From assembly GCA_963813335.1 (NCBI GenBank), contig CAWEYL010000005.1:1-64000 (forward strand): 64,000 nucleotides of DNA, read 5' to 3'. The notes under the pieces were generated by a model. That model was not told the origin of the DNA. It searched no databases and worked only from the letters and a program-made list of their open reading frames with translations. The position numbers and the translations under genes are program-made. Source of the stretch: an uncultured Chloroflexia bacterium. GTDB taxonomy: Bacteria > Chloroflexota > Limnocylindria > Limnocylindrales > CSP1-4. Shown here piece by piece: positions 1 to 9,153 of the stretch; position 1 is the stretch's first letter; each line of letters starts with the position of its first letter.

Positions 1-32
1 TCTGTCAACAACGTGTGGGGACTACAGCTAGG
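1..32 (+). mobile_element. Probable right terminal inverted repeat of an IS481-family element plus NCTAGN target site
   Basis: 3-26 reads TGTAGTCCCCACACGTTGTTGACA on the minus strand (IS481-type TGT end), followed directly by GCTAGG (27-32). The plus strand resembles the VNNV..YS* C-terminus of IS481 transposases. The transposase would lie left of the window. Confidence 0.6.
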
Positions 33-1191
33 CGGCCGACTCTGGTTCGCCCGAGAGCTGCAGTCCCGCGCGCGCGGGCCTGACATGTGGGCCGGCCTCC
101 GCTCGCCACCCCGGTTCGGCGTGCTCGAGCGTGGCGATGAGAGCTTCGTCGACGCCCACCCCAACCCCGGGCTGGTCGCCGAGCACGATCCCACCGTCGG
201 CATACTCCTGGTCGATCGAAATGCCGAACGGCGAACCGACGTCCTGGATCTCGGCGGACAAGTGATTTGGCACTGCCGCGGCAGCGTGAGCGACCGCGGG
301 GTTCGCCGTGAGGCCCACCGGGCTGACTGGCAGGTCTCGGCTGTGTGCCGCGATCGACACGCGCAGAAAGTGCGTCACACCCCAGGTTGCGGCAGCTTGA
401 ACGATGTCGATGCCGCCCGCGTTGAAATGCGGTCGATATTGTTCCAGGCCAGTGAGGTTCTCTCCGGTAGCCACCGCAGCACGTACTGAAGCGCTCAACC
501 TCGCATGACCCTCTGCGTCCCAGCGGCGCATGGGCTCCTCGATCCAGACGAGGTCGTGAACCTCTTCGATCTGGGACACATAGCGGACGGCCTGCTTGAG
601 ATTCCAGGACTCATTCGCGTCGAGCATGAGGCTCGGCTCCGGGGTGTTGACTCGAAGCGCATCGCCGATGATGCCTAGCCGGCGAATGTCGCTGGCGACG
701 TTTCTGCCGCCCTTGAGCTTCCCGCTCGTGAATCCACGGCCCGCCATGTCGGAATAGAAGAGCGCGAGGTCATCATCATCCAGCGCGATATCCAGTCCGG
801 ACGCATACCCGGAGACAAACCGATCGCGCCCCCCGAGCAGGCGCCAAAGCGGCTCGCCCGCAAGCTTTGCCTTGATATCCCAAAGCGCCATGTCAAAGGT
901 GCCGATGCCTCCGAATGTCGCGCCGGCATGGCTCGCCTTGAACACGCGCGCGAGCATGCGGTCGTAGAGCGCGGATACCGCGCGGGGATCCTCGCCCTCG
1001 ATCGCCGGGAAGATCCGTGCCAAGTCTTGGTGCGACCCCATTCCGACGCCGCTGACGCCCTCATCCGTGTCCACGATGACAACCGGCACCTCGGTGATAC
1101 CCGATGCGATTTGCCCGTTGACGTCGCCCACAGGACGACCCCAGTCGTGGATCGTCTGCAGCGTGCGATAGCCTGTGATCTTCATCGTCAC
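28..1191 (-). CDS. Mandelate racemase/muconate lactonizing enzyme family (enolase superfamily) protein
   Basis: N-terminal capping domain with DMALWDIKAK..PLWRLLGG; KxK (GKLK); metal ligands in LDANE, IEEP and TGEN. Confidence 0.9.
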   Translation of the reverse strand: MTMKITGYRTLQTIHDWGRPVGDVNGQIASGITEVPVVIVDTDEGVSGVGMGSHQDLARIFPAIEGEDPRAVSALYDRMLARVFKASHAGATFGGIGTFDMALWDIKAKLAGEPLWRLLGGRDRFVSGYASGLDIALDDDDLALFYSDMAGRGFTSGKLKGGRNVASDIRRLGIIGDALRVNTPEPSLMLDANESWNLKQAVRYVSQIEEVHDLVWIEEPMRRWDAEGHARLSASVRAAVATGENLTGLEQYRPHFNAGGIDIVQAAATWGVTHFLRVSIAAHSRDLPVSPVGLTANPAVAHAAAAVPNHLSAEIQDVGSPFGISIDQEYADGGIVLGDQPGVGVGVDEALIATLEHAEPGWRAEAGPHVRPARAGLQLSGEPESAA

Positions 1192-1290
1192 CCTTGCTCA
1201 TTCGTGCGGAGACCGGGGGTGTCGCAGTGACGAACCCCTCGGCCAAACCTGGACCGTTCGCCGTGCGGCTCATCTTCAGTTGACGTACTA

Positions 1291-1310
1291 TTGATACGAC
1301 ATCATACAAG
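1291..1310. promoter_or_regulatory. Candidate FadR/GntR operator in the divergent enolase/gntR intergenic region
   Basis: AT-rich TTGATACGACATCATACAAG; the core GACATCAT recurs upstream of the ABC operon at about 5798-5805. Confidence 0.4.
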
Positions 1311-1406
1311 TACTGGCGAGGGTACGTACCGAACCGAGCCCTGCCTCCAGATCAGTTCGTCGTCGCGCCGCCGCGACACATAGCTCCCCGACAGTAGGAT
1401 GAGGAC

Positions 1407-2183
1407 ATGGCGCAGAACGACGCGGACCCCGCAAGCACCGCGACTTCGCAGCGGCAGACCATCTTCGGCGACAGCGTCGTCCGGGTGCGTGCAGCCAACC
1501 TCGGCGTCGCCGTGGTGAGGGACCTGGTGAAAGCGATCGTCACCGGCACGGTGGCTCCCGGCGACGTCCTCCCACCAGAGGGCACCCTGAGCAAGCAGTT
1601 TGCCGTGAGTCGCACGGTGATTCGCGAGTCCGTGAAGCGAGTCGAGGAAAAGGGCCTCGTGACCGTCAGTCAGGGCCGAGGCACGGTCGTGAACCAGTCG
1701 AGTCGGTGGAACGTGCTCGATCCTGATGTGCTTTCGGCTCTTGTCGACCACGACGAGACCCTGGAGGTGCTCGACGAGTTGGCCGTGGTCCGTGGGAGCC
1801 TGGAAGCGACCATGGCGCGCGCCGCGGCAGCTCGGCAAACCCCAGAGCGCACCGCTGCGTTGCGTGAGGCTTTCGACCTTGCCGCGGCGAACATCGACCA
1901 CATCTCGGTTTACAACGACGCGGATGCCGCGTTTCACGACCTTGTCATGGAACAGTCGGGAATCCGGCTCGCCGCCAACATCACACGCATCTTGTTCGAG
2001 CGCGCTCGTGAGAGCAGTCGATTCACGGGCATCACCACCGACGACGCAGCGCAGTTGTCGCTCGAGGAGCACCGCGCCATCTGCGAGGCGATCGCCGCGG
2101 GCGACGGCGACCGCGCCGCGACGGCGATGCGAGAACACATCGCGAAGGCGTGGACCCGAAGGCGCGCGCCGGGCGTCGCCTAA
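1407..2183 (+). CDS. FadR/GntR family transcriptional regulator (wHTH + FCD)
   Basis: LPPEGTLSKQFAVSRTVIRES..GRGTVV wHTH; FCD motifs DAAFH, EEHRAI, MREHI; GAGGA RBS. Confidence 0.93.
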   Translation: MAQNDADPASTATSQRQTIFGDSVVRVRAANLGVAVVRDLVKAIVTGTVAPGDVLPPEGTLSKQFAVSRTVIRESVKRVEEKGLVTVSQGRGTVVNQSSRWNVLDPDVLSALVDHDETLEVLDELAVVRGSLEATMARAAAARQTPERTAALREAFDLAAANIDHISVYNDADAAFHDLVMEQSGIRLAANITRILFERARESSRFTGITTDDAAQLSLEEHRAICEAIAAGDGDRAATAMREHIAKAWTRRRAPGVA

Positions 2184-2304
2184 CTGAAACGTCTCCGTCG
2201 AGGTCGCCACACCGCGTCGAATCCTTGCCGGGTATTCGCATCTGGTGTCCGGAAGCATGCGGGACGCCATTCCGAATCTTCGCGTCCTCTCGACGATGGC
2301 GGAC

Positions 2305-3222
2305 CTACTCCTTTGTCGCCCCGGCGGTGAGGCCCGCCCTAAGGAATCGCTGTGAGAACACGAACACGATCAGCACCGGTGCGACGGAGATGAGCGTCGC
2401 GAGCGCCAGCTCTGGAAACGGGATCGAGTCGGTGGCGACGGTGGTCGGATTGAACTCCCGGACATTCGCGAGCAATTCCACCAGACCCACTTGAATGGGC
2501 TGTGTCTTCGACCCGGGAAGCATCACGAAGGGGAGGAAATAGTTGTTCCAGTTGGTGACGAAGTTGAAGAAGCCCACGAGCGCGACGACAGGGATCGCGA
2601 GCGGCAGCGCGATCCGCCGGAAGACCGCGAACTCGCCCGCGCCATCGACGCGGGCCGCGTCGAGAAGCTCGCGCGAAACGCTGGTGGAGAAGTAGATATA
2701 CGCCAGATAGACGCCGAACGGGAAGAACGCGAATGGCAGGATGACCGCCAACGGCGACCCCACGAGGTGCACGGCGCTGACTTCAAGGAAGATCGGCAGC
2801 ACGAGCGCCGTGTTCGGGATGAGCATCACCATGAGGGTCGCGATGAGGATCGCGCGGCGAAACCTGAACTTGGTCTTGGCCAGCGCGTAGCCGGCCGGGA
2901 TTGACACGAGGAGCGTGAGCACCAACGCGACCCCGGCGTAGAACACCGAATTCCCGAGCCACGTCCAGATGCGGCCATCCTGGAACCCGACCAGCTCCTT
3001 CCAGTTTGCGACGAGTTGGTCGAAGGAGCCGAAACTCAGGGGAGCCTCGCCGTGAAAACCATTGAGTTGGGAGGTGTCCTTCGTCGGCGCGAGCAGGAGC
3101 CAAACCAGGGGAAGGACGAAGAACACCGCGAAGAATCCGGCGATCAGGAAAGCTGTCACGCGACCGATCCAGCGGCCCGGCGCGAAGTCAGACCGCACGA
3201 CCGGTGTTCTAGTCGCGGTCAA
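2305..3222 (-). CDS. Carbohydrate ABC transporter permease (CUT1, MalG-like)
   Basis: EAA loop LLDAARVDGAGEF; multiple TM segments. TTG start at 3222 follows GGAGG and overlaps the end of the upstream permease. Confidence 0.9.
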   Translation of the reverse strand: MTATRTPVVRSDFAPGRWIGRVTAFLIAGFFAVFFVLPLVWLLLAPTKDTSQLNGFHGEAPLSFGSFDQLVANWKELVGFQDGRIWTWLGNSVFYAGVALVLTLLVSIPAGYALAKTKFRFRRAILIATLMVMLIPNTALVLPIFLEVSAVHLVGSPLAVILPFAFFPFGVYLAYIYFSTSVSRELLDAARVDGAGEFAVFRRIALPLAIPVVALVGFFNFVTNWNNYFLPFVMLPGSKTQPIQVGLVELLANVREFNPTTVATDSIPFPELALATLISVAPVLIVFVFSQRFLRAGLTAGATKE

Positions 3223-4147
3223 AGAGTCCTCCTCGGAAGACGAAGAACGCGGCAAGCCCCGCCGCCACGACGAGCAACAGGATCGAGATCGCAGCAGAGC
3301 TGTTGAAGTCCGCTTGCGGGCCGAAGGCGGTGACGTATGCGAGTTCATTGAGGGAATAGTGCTTGGGGATCTGGTTCCTGCTCGCCTGGGCGAGGATCTT
3401 TGGTTCCGCGAACAGCTGGGTCCCGACGGCGACCGAGATGACGGCCATGTACGCGATCCACTTTCGGATCAGCGGGAGCTGGATGTACCAAGCGGTCTTG
3501 ATGGCGCCGGCGCCGTCACAGCGGGCAGCCTCCATGATCTCGTCGGAGATGTTGTTCAACGCGGCGTACATGATGATGATCCATGCACCGGCGCCGGTCC
3601 AGAACGCAATGACCGTGAAGATCAGGGGCAGGTTGTTCAGGTCGATGGCTTGAACGAAGTTCGTGTACCCGAACCACTTCAGGACGAAGGACACCGGGCT
3701 GACCGAGGGATTGAGCATGAAGAGCCAGAGCATGACGCTGGCCGCACCCGCGAATGCGCCGGGGATGAAGAACAGGAAGAGCACGGTGGAGGCAAGCCGC
3801 CGCCTGACGCGCAGGGCGTGGACGATGAGCGCCAGCAGGGTGACGAGCACGGTCAGGGTCACGACCCAGATCACCAGGTAGGCCGCGACGTGCTGCACTG
3901 CCGGCAAGAACCGGAAGTCCCCGACGGCCTTCACGTAGTTGTCGAGCCCGACGAATTGCCCACTCTTGGTGAATGAGAGATACAGGGCATAGACCATGGG
4001 CAGAACGCCGAAGACCAGTAGCAGCAGCACGTAGCCGCTGCAGAACACGTAGGCGGCGAATGCCTGCGCGCGAGCTCCGGTTTGCGGCCGCCTTCGCGGG
4101 CGCAAAGAGGCCCACTGCCGCTCCTCTGTGGGGGCGGCAGTGGGCAC
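3209..4147 (-). CDS. Carbohydrate ABC transporter permease (CUT1, MalF-like)
   Basis: FVGLDNY; EAA loop EIMEAARCDGAG. Confidence 0.9.
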   Translation of the reverse strand: MPTAAPTEERQWASLRPRRRPQTGARAQAFAAYVFCSGYVLLLLVFGVLPMVYALYLSFTKSGQFVGLDNYVKAVGDFRFLPAVQHVAAYLVIWVVTLTVLVTLLALIVHALRVRRRLASTVLFLFFIPGAFAGAASVMLWLFMLNPSVSPVSFVLKWFGYTNFVQAIDLNNLPLIFTVIAFWTGAGAWIIIMYAALNNISDEIMEAARCDGAGAIKTAWYIQLPLIRKWIAYMAVISVAVGTQLFAEPKILAQASRNQIPKHYSLNELAYVTAFGPQADFNSSAAISILLLVVAAGLAAFFVFRGGLFDRD

Positions 4148-4183
4148 GATGGCGTCAGTACGAGAGATGGTGCGTTCCTTCGC

Positions 4184-5635
4184 CTACTTGGTCACGGGGG
4201 TGAAGCCGTTCACCGTGGCGTCGTTCACCATTCTCTGCTGCCAAGCACTGACCTGCGAGGCAATGGTCTTTCCGGAAGCAAGAGCCGGATTCACGATCTC
4301 CGCCCACGGAGGCTCGGAACTGAAGGGGAGCGTGGCACCCCAGCCCTTCCAGATGTTGTTGGCTGCCTCACTGACGACGTCCTTGAACGTGTCCGAGTTG
4401 GCCCAGAAGCCACTACTGGTCTGCGCGTCCAACCACGCACTTGCGGTCGAGGCGTAGGCCGGGAGGCCCGTGATGAGCTTGACCGACTGGGGTCCGCTCG
4501 TCACGTACTGCAGGTAGGTACCCACGCATGCGAGGTTCGCCGAGTGGCTCGACCCGTACCAGAAGCCGCCACCCACGTTGCCGGTGCCGATCGGCTCGCC
4601 AGCCCAGTGGAGGGCGTGGCCGGCGCCCCACTCGCCTGGCTGACCGGCGAGGTTGTCCTTGTTCTGGAAGAGGGCTCCCGTGAACCACGTTGGGCCAGGG
4701 ATCGCCAGGACCTTGTCCTTCCAATTCTTGACCCAGTCGGGGGTGAACAGTCCATCGATCGTCAGGGTCTTGTTCGCGAACATGTGGTCCAGCAGGGCGA
4801 TCATGCGGGTGGTGTGGTTGTCCGAGAAGTCGCTGGTGAAGGTGGTGCCGTCGACCGTGTAGATCGGCGCCTGGGCGGCCCACATGTCGGTCAGCACGGC
4901 GGTGAAGGGATCGCCGATCGAGCCGAGGATGTAGCCGGGGTGCTCAGCCGCCACCTTGTCGCCGAGGGCCTGGTATTCCTCCCATGTGGTCGGGACGGTG
5001 TACCCGAACTTGTCGAACAGGGTCTTGTTGTACCAGAGCACCACGGGCGCCAGGTTGTCGCGGGCGCCGTAGACATGGCCGTCGACCGTGACAGGGTCGA
5101 GCGCGCCCGGCGTGTAGCCGGCGAGCCAACTCTGGGGAACGACGCCCTGGTCGAGCGGCGCGGCAAAGGCCTGAACGCCATTCTGCTCGTGGGCCGCCCA
5201 GCTGGCGTCGTTCACCTGTCCCGACCACGCAACGTCGGGCCAGCCCGAGCCAGCCTGGTCGAGCAGCGAGACCTTTTGGTGGAACGTGTCGCTACCCCCG
5301 GCGCTGGCGTCGTAGGTCTCGATGGTGAGCGGGCACTCGGGGTGGTCCTTCTCGAAGGCCTTGGCGATGGCCGAGCGGTCGGCGTCGACCCAGACGGTGA
5401 TCTTGGCGGTTGGGTCCTGCGCAACGGTGGTGAAGCCGTACTGGCTGCCAGTCGAAGAGCCAGCGGTTTCAGTCGGACCGCTGGTGGGCGTTCCAGAGCC
5501 AGCCGTTCCAGAGGTCCCGGACGGACTGCTGGTGGACGGATTGTTCCCGCAGCCCGCTGCGACAAGGGCGATGCAGGCTGCGGCTGCGGACACTCCCATC
5601 AACCTGCGGGGCGCGCTGCGTTCATGCAAAGACAC
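4184..5635 (-). CDS. Sugar ABC transporter substrate-binding lipoprotein
   Basis: Lipobox LVAAGC; Ser/Thr/Gly linker; LWYNKTLFDKFG..PTTWEE motif; GTG at 5635 preceded by AGGAGG. Confidence 0.9.
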   Translation of the reverse strand: MSLHERSAPRRLMGVSAAAACIALVAAGCGNNPSTSSPSGTSGTAGSGTPTSGPTETAGSSTGSQYGFTTVAQDPTAKITVWVDADRSAIAKAFEKDHPECPLTIETYDASAGGSDTFHQKVSLLDQAGSGWPDVAWSGQVNDASWAAHEQNGVQAFAAPLDQGVVPQSWLAGYTPGALDPVTVDGHVYGARDNLAPVVLWYNKTLFDKFGYTVPTTWEEYQALGDKVAAEHPGYILGSIGDPFTAVLTDMWAAQAPIYTVDGTTFTSDFSDNHTTRMIALLDHMFANKTLTIDGLFTPDWVKNWKDKVLAIPGPTWFTGALFQNKDNLAGQPGEWGAGHALHWAGEPIGTGNVGGGFWYGSSHSANLACVGTYLQYVTSGPQSVKLITGLPAYASTASAWLDAQTSSGFWANSDTFKDVVSEAANNIWKGWGATLPFSSEPPWAEIVNPALASGKTIASQVSAWQQRMVNDATVNGFTPVTK

Positions 5636-5786
5636 GTCGTTGCTCCTCCTCAGATTCGTTCGACTTCGTTGAGACGACTCAGCCCCCTCGCGGCGACATT
5701 TCGAAGTAGCTCGTATCGGTGATGCCGTACCGATAGGAGCGGCCGAGGTACGCGGGTTCCTCCAGATAGCGATGCCCAGCAGATTC

Positions 5787-5816
5787 AGCATACATCAGAC
5801 ATCATGTGTATTGCAC
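5787..5816 (-). promoter_or_regulatory. Candidate promoter/operator of the ABC operon
   Basis: Minus strand GTGCAA-N18-TATGCT, with ATGATGTCTGATG in the spacer (shares ATGATGTC with the 1291-1310 site). Confidence 0.4.
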
Positions 5817-6020
5817 CCCTCTGCTGTGCCCGGCATCCTGAGACGAGCACGTTCTAGGGGTCCGCGATGGGTGACTACCGGAGCGAGGCCATCTGGGCGC
5901 GCGTGGAGGGGCGCGGTCCCAACGCATGGCGGCGCGCCGCTCATCCGGTACCGCGCGGATCGAGACGGTCGTGCTCGAGATCGTCGCGACCCTCGATCGG
6001 GATCTCGAAGGTTGCGAACA

Positions 6021-6044
6021 CGCGCCCGACACCTGTCGGGCGCG
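6021..6044. repeat. Palindromic element copy 1 (CGCGCCCGACA-CC-TGTCGGGCGCG)
   Basis: Perfect 11-bp arms; 23 bp identical to 10121-10143. Confidence 0.85.
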
Positions 6045-6150
6045 CCAGCCCCGATGTTCTATTTGGGTGCCGCGACCCGGGACGAGCCCGCAGACCGCAC
6101 GGCCGACGGTACGGGCGGCGCCGGGCGCGCAACCTGCTAGCGTCGTCACC

Positions 6151-6993
6151 GTGGATATCGGATCGATCGTTCCGCTGACCAGGCACCTCACGCCTGTGGC
6201 ACGGGAAGAGCTAGAGGTGGCGGAGGCGTCGCTCGGCATCCGGTTCCCATCGGGATATGTCGAACTCATGGCGGCGTTCGGGCCCGGACACTATCTCGAC
6301 TTCTTCTGGCTCAACCAGCCGTCCTGGATCGTCGAGCATCTCGATGAGCGTCGCCGGGCATGGAGCCAGTTCGACTGGACCGATGATCAGGGCCGCCGAC
6401 ACTGGTTCTTCGAAGGCAGCGAGGGCATCCTCAGCGAGGAGGCCATCCAGGCCGCCGTGCCGCTCGGCGACTCCGCGGATGGGGATGCCCTCCTGTTCCA
6501 CCCGGGCAGGTTCGATCGTGTCTACATCCTGCCGCGCCACCAGGACACCATCAGCTGGGTGCGGGCGGACCTGACCGATCTTGCCGCGTGGAGCCGCTTG
6601 AACGAGCCCCGGCCGCTCGTCGTCACGACGGGCGGCCAGACGATCATCGAGACGGGCGGCGACTGGTTCTCGCTCGAGCCCGCCCAGCTTCGCGCGGCAA
6701 TCGAGGAACGATGGGGAGCCGAGGCGCTGGTCGACTGGAGCGAGTGGAGTCGGGAGGGGGCCTGGACCGCGGTTGCCCTCTCGGCGACCGCCACGGCGCG
6801 GATCCAGGTCCACGCGGTGGACGGGGAGACCCATTCGACCGTCGACCCGCGAGGGATTCGGACTACCTTCCTCGGCAGCGGACGGCGGACCGTCGCGGTG
6901 CGGGTCGACTGCGACCCGGAGGTGGAGGGAGATCTGCACAGGTTCCTTGAGGATCTGGAGTCCGGCGGCGCGTGGCGCCTCCGTCCTGCCTAA
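6151..6993 (+). CDS. SMI1/KNR4 (SUKH) family protein with C-terminal extension
   Basis: EELEVAEASLGIRFPSGYVELM and PLGDSADGDALLF motifs. GTG at 6151 lies 7 nt after TGcTAGCGT; the ORF-track start at 5926 is probably too long. Confidence 0.75.
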   Translation: MDIGSIVPLTRHLTPVAREELEVAEASLGIRFPSGYVELMAAFGPGHYLDFFWLNQPSWIVEHLDERRRAWSQFDWTDDQGRRHWFFEGSEGILSEEAIQAAVPLGDSADGDALLFHPGRFDRVYILPRHQDTISWVRADLTDLAAWSRLNEPRPLVVTTGGQTIIETGGDWFSLEPAQLRAAIEERWGAEALVDWSEWSREGAWTAVALSATATARIQVHAVDGETHSTVDPRGIRTTFLGSGRRTVAVRVDCDPEVEGDLHRFLEDLESGGAWRLRPA

Positions 6994-7181
6994 ACGAGCA
7001 GGGAGGTCGCATCTTCGCCGCCCGTGCCCAGGGTGGCCCGAGCTGACCCGCAGGTCGCGGTCGATCGCGGCGTGGGCGATCGCGTCGGCAGATGGCGTGG
7101 AGCAGCTCTGACTTCGCCTGGAGACCTCGGCCGCCTCCAGGTCGACGACAAGTGCCTGAAGCTACGCGACAAGCTCGCCCG

Positions 7182-7625
7182 TCAGGTCCGGGGCGTCGTC
7201 CGAGACGGCGCGGCGGCGCGCGGGTCGAAGCCGACCTGGAGCAGGAGCCCCATCTGGTCGGCGATACCCCAGTGCTCCACGAGCATCCCGTCCTCGAACC
7301 GCCCGATGTCGATGACGTCCGTCTCCACCGGGCCGCCCGTGGGCCCGAAGCCCATCACGCTCCCGGTGTTGACGCCCCTCGCGCGGTTCCGGGTCCAGAC
7401 CACGTCGCCGGAGACGGCGATGTCCTCGACGGTCAGCGAGAAGTCGGACATCCAGCGGTGGAGCGCCCGCGCGACTCCCTTCGCCCCCTCGAGGCCCGGC
7501 TGGTTGCCGCGCTGGTGCTCGATGACGTCCGGCGCGATGTAGTTGTCGAGGACGCTCTCGTCCCCTCGGCCCATCCCGTCCTCCACGATGTGGCGAAAGC
7601 GGTCGGCGATGTCGATGTCTGCCAT
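7182..7625 (-). CDS. SnoaL-like/ester cyclase family protein
   Basis: DFSLTVEDIAVSGDVVW, GFGPTG, RFEDGMLVEHWG..DQMGLLLQVG; AAGGAG RBS. Confidence 0.9.
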   Translation of the reverse strand: MADIDIADRFRHIVEDGMGRGDESVLDNYIAPDVIEHQRGNQPGLEGAKGVARALHRWMSDFSLTVEDIAVSGDVVWTRNRARGVNTGSVMGFGPTGGPVETDVIDIGRFEDGMLVEHWGIADQMGLLLQVGFDPRAAAPSRTTPRT

Positions 7626-7639
7626 GGGACACTCCTTCG

Positions 7640-7677
7640 ATAGAGTTGCACTCTACTGTAATAGAGGAATACTCTAT
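7640..7677. promoter_or_regulatory. Twin TetR operators (TAGAG-N5-CTCTA, two copies)
   Basis: ATAGAGttgcaCTCTAc (7640-7656) and ATAGAGgaataCTCTAT (7661-7677), 21 bp apart, between divergent snoaL-like and tetR genes. Confidence 0.8.
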
Positions 7678-7681
7678 CCAC

Positions 7682-8320
7682 ATGCCTCCTGTCAATCGCG
7701 AACCCCCGGCCCGGCGCCCGACGCTGCGCGAGGAGCATGCGGCGGTCACCCGGCGCCGCATCCTCGACGCCGCGCGCCACCAGTTCTTCGAGGACGGCTA
7801 CGCCGCGACCACGCTCAAGGCCGTCGCCGCCGAGGCCGGCGTCGCCGTGCAGACGGTCTACGCCGTGTTCGGGTCCAAGGCCGCGATCCTGGACGAACTG
7901 CGGGCGCTCGCCGTCGATCTGCCCGAAGCCGACGCGGCGGTGCGGGCGGCCATGAGCGAGCCGACGCCCGAGCGCCGCCTCGCAGGCTTCGCGCACTCGA
8001 TCCGCCTCCGGTGGGAGCTCGCCGGCGACATCGTCAAGGTCCACCAGGACGCCGTCCGAGTGGACGCGTCGCTGCGGCCCGGGATCGCCGCCGCCGATGC
8101 GCGTCGCCACGGCGGCATCGCAGCCTTCGTGCGCGGCATCGAGGCGGACCTCGGCGCCCGCATCGACGTGGACCGGTCGACCGGCGTCGTGAACGCGCTC
8201 ACGCTCTACGCGGTGTACGAGGAACTCGTCTCCGTCCAGGGTTGGGCGCCCGACGCCTACGAGTCGTGGCTCGCGGAGTCGCTGGTCAGGAGCGTCAGGC
8301 TTACTCCGTCGGATACGTGA
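7682..8320 (+). CDS. TetR/AcrR family transcriptional regulator
   Basis: TRRRILDAA..GYAATTLKAVAAEAGVAVQTVYAVFGSK HTH; ATG at 7682. Confidence 0.93.
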   Translation: MPPVNREPPARRPTLREEHAAVTRRRILDAARHQFFEDGYAATTLKAVAAEAGVAVQTVYAVFGSKAAILDELRALAVDLPEADAAVRAAMSEPTPERRLAGFAHSIRLRWELAGDIVKVHQDAVRVDASLRPGIAAADARRHGGIAAFVRGIEADLGARIDVDRSTGVVNALTLYAVYEELVSVQGWAPDAYESWLAESLVRSVRLTPSDT

Positions 8321-8431
8321 GTGAGGGCGCTGCCGCGGTGGCGCACCTGGCCATGCCCGATCCGTCGAATGCGCGATGCAGCGCCGGCGCCAAACCGTGC
8401 GCATCGGCCGCCAGCCGGAAGACCAGGACGT

Positions 8432-9073
8432 TCAGCGTGAGAAGGTCAGGTGCGTGATCCCGCTTGGGGCGACTTCCGACGTCACGCTGTAGCCGTCCTC
8501 GAACCCGCGGAGGTCGTCCCAGAGCCGGATGCCGCGGCCGAGCAGGATCGGGACGATCGCGACGTGGAGCCGGTCGACGAGCCCTGCCTTGAGGAACTCG
8601 CGGACCACGGTCGGGCCGCCGCCGACGCGCACGTCCTTGCCGCCCGCGGCCTCGAGCGCGAGGTCGAGCGCCTCGCGAGGCGTCGCGGCGAGGAAGTGGA
8701 ACGTCGTACCGCCCGCCATGTCGAGCGCCGGGCGCGTGCGGTGCGTGAGCACGAACACCGGGACATGGAACGGGGGCTCGTCGCCCCACCAGCCGCGCCA
8801 GTCCGGATCATCCGGCGCGGCGTGCAGCCCGAACATGCCGGCGCCCATGATCTCCGCGCCGACCTCGGCGAAGTACGCCTGCGCGTACGCGTCGTCGACG
8901 CCGGTCGTCCCCTCGCCCGACATGTCGTGCAGCACCCGGCTCCGGAACGTGCGGGTGGCGACGTAGGCCTCCGTGAGACGCGCCCAGTCTGGCCCGAACG
9001 GGTCCTCGCGCGTCTGGTCGGTCGTTGTCGCGGAGCCGTCCAGGGAGATGTTCAGGTCGACACGCACGGCCAT
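8432..9073 (-). CDS. Dihydrofolate reductase-like (RibD C-terminal domain) protein
   Basis: ISLDG, IMGAGMF, PVFVLTH, DVRVGGG, PILLGRGIRL motifs. Confidence 0.9.
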   Translation of the reverse strand: MAVRVDLNISLDGSATTTDQTREDPFGPDWARLTEAYVATRTFRSRVLHDMSGEGTTGVDDAYAQAYFAEVGAEIMGAGMFGLHAAPDDPDWRGWWGDEPPFHVPVFVLTHRTRPALDMAGGTTFHFLAATPREALDLALEAAGGKDVRVGGGPTVVREFLKAGLVDRLHVAIVPILLGRGIRLWDDLRGFEDGYSVTSEVAPSGITHLTFSR

Positions 9074-9153
9074 CGGCGATCCTCTCGAAGTGGCTGCGAT
9101 CAGCAGTCAGGACACTATGCCAGTCGAGCCTGGCGGGCAGTCACTGATCCCGC

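Noticed and set aside
5709-5740. Hairpin GCTC-TATCGGT..ACCGATA-GAGC in the SBP leader as a riboswitch
   Set aside because: It is a single stem with no recognisable aptamer consensus, which is insufficient support.
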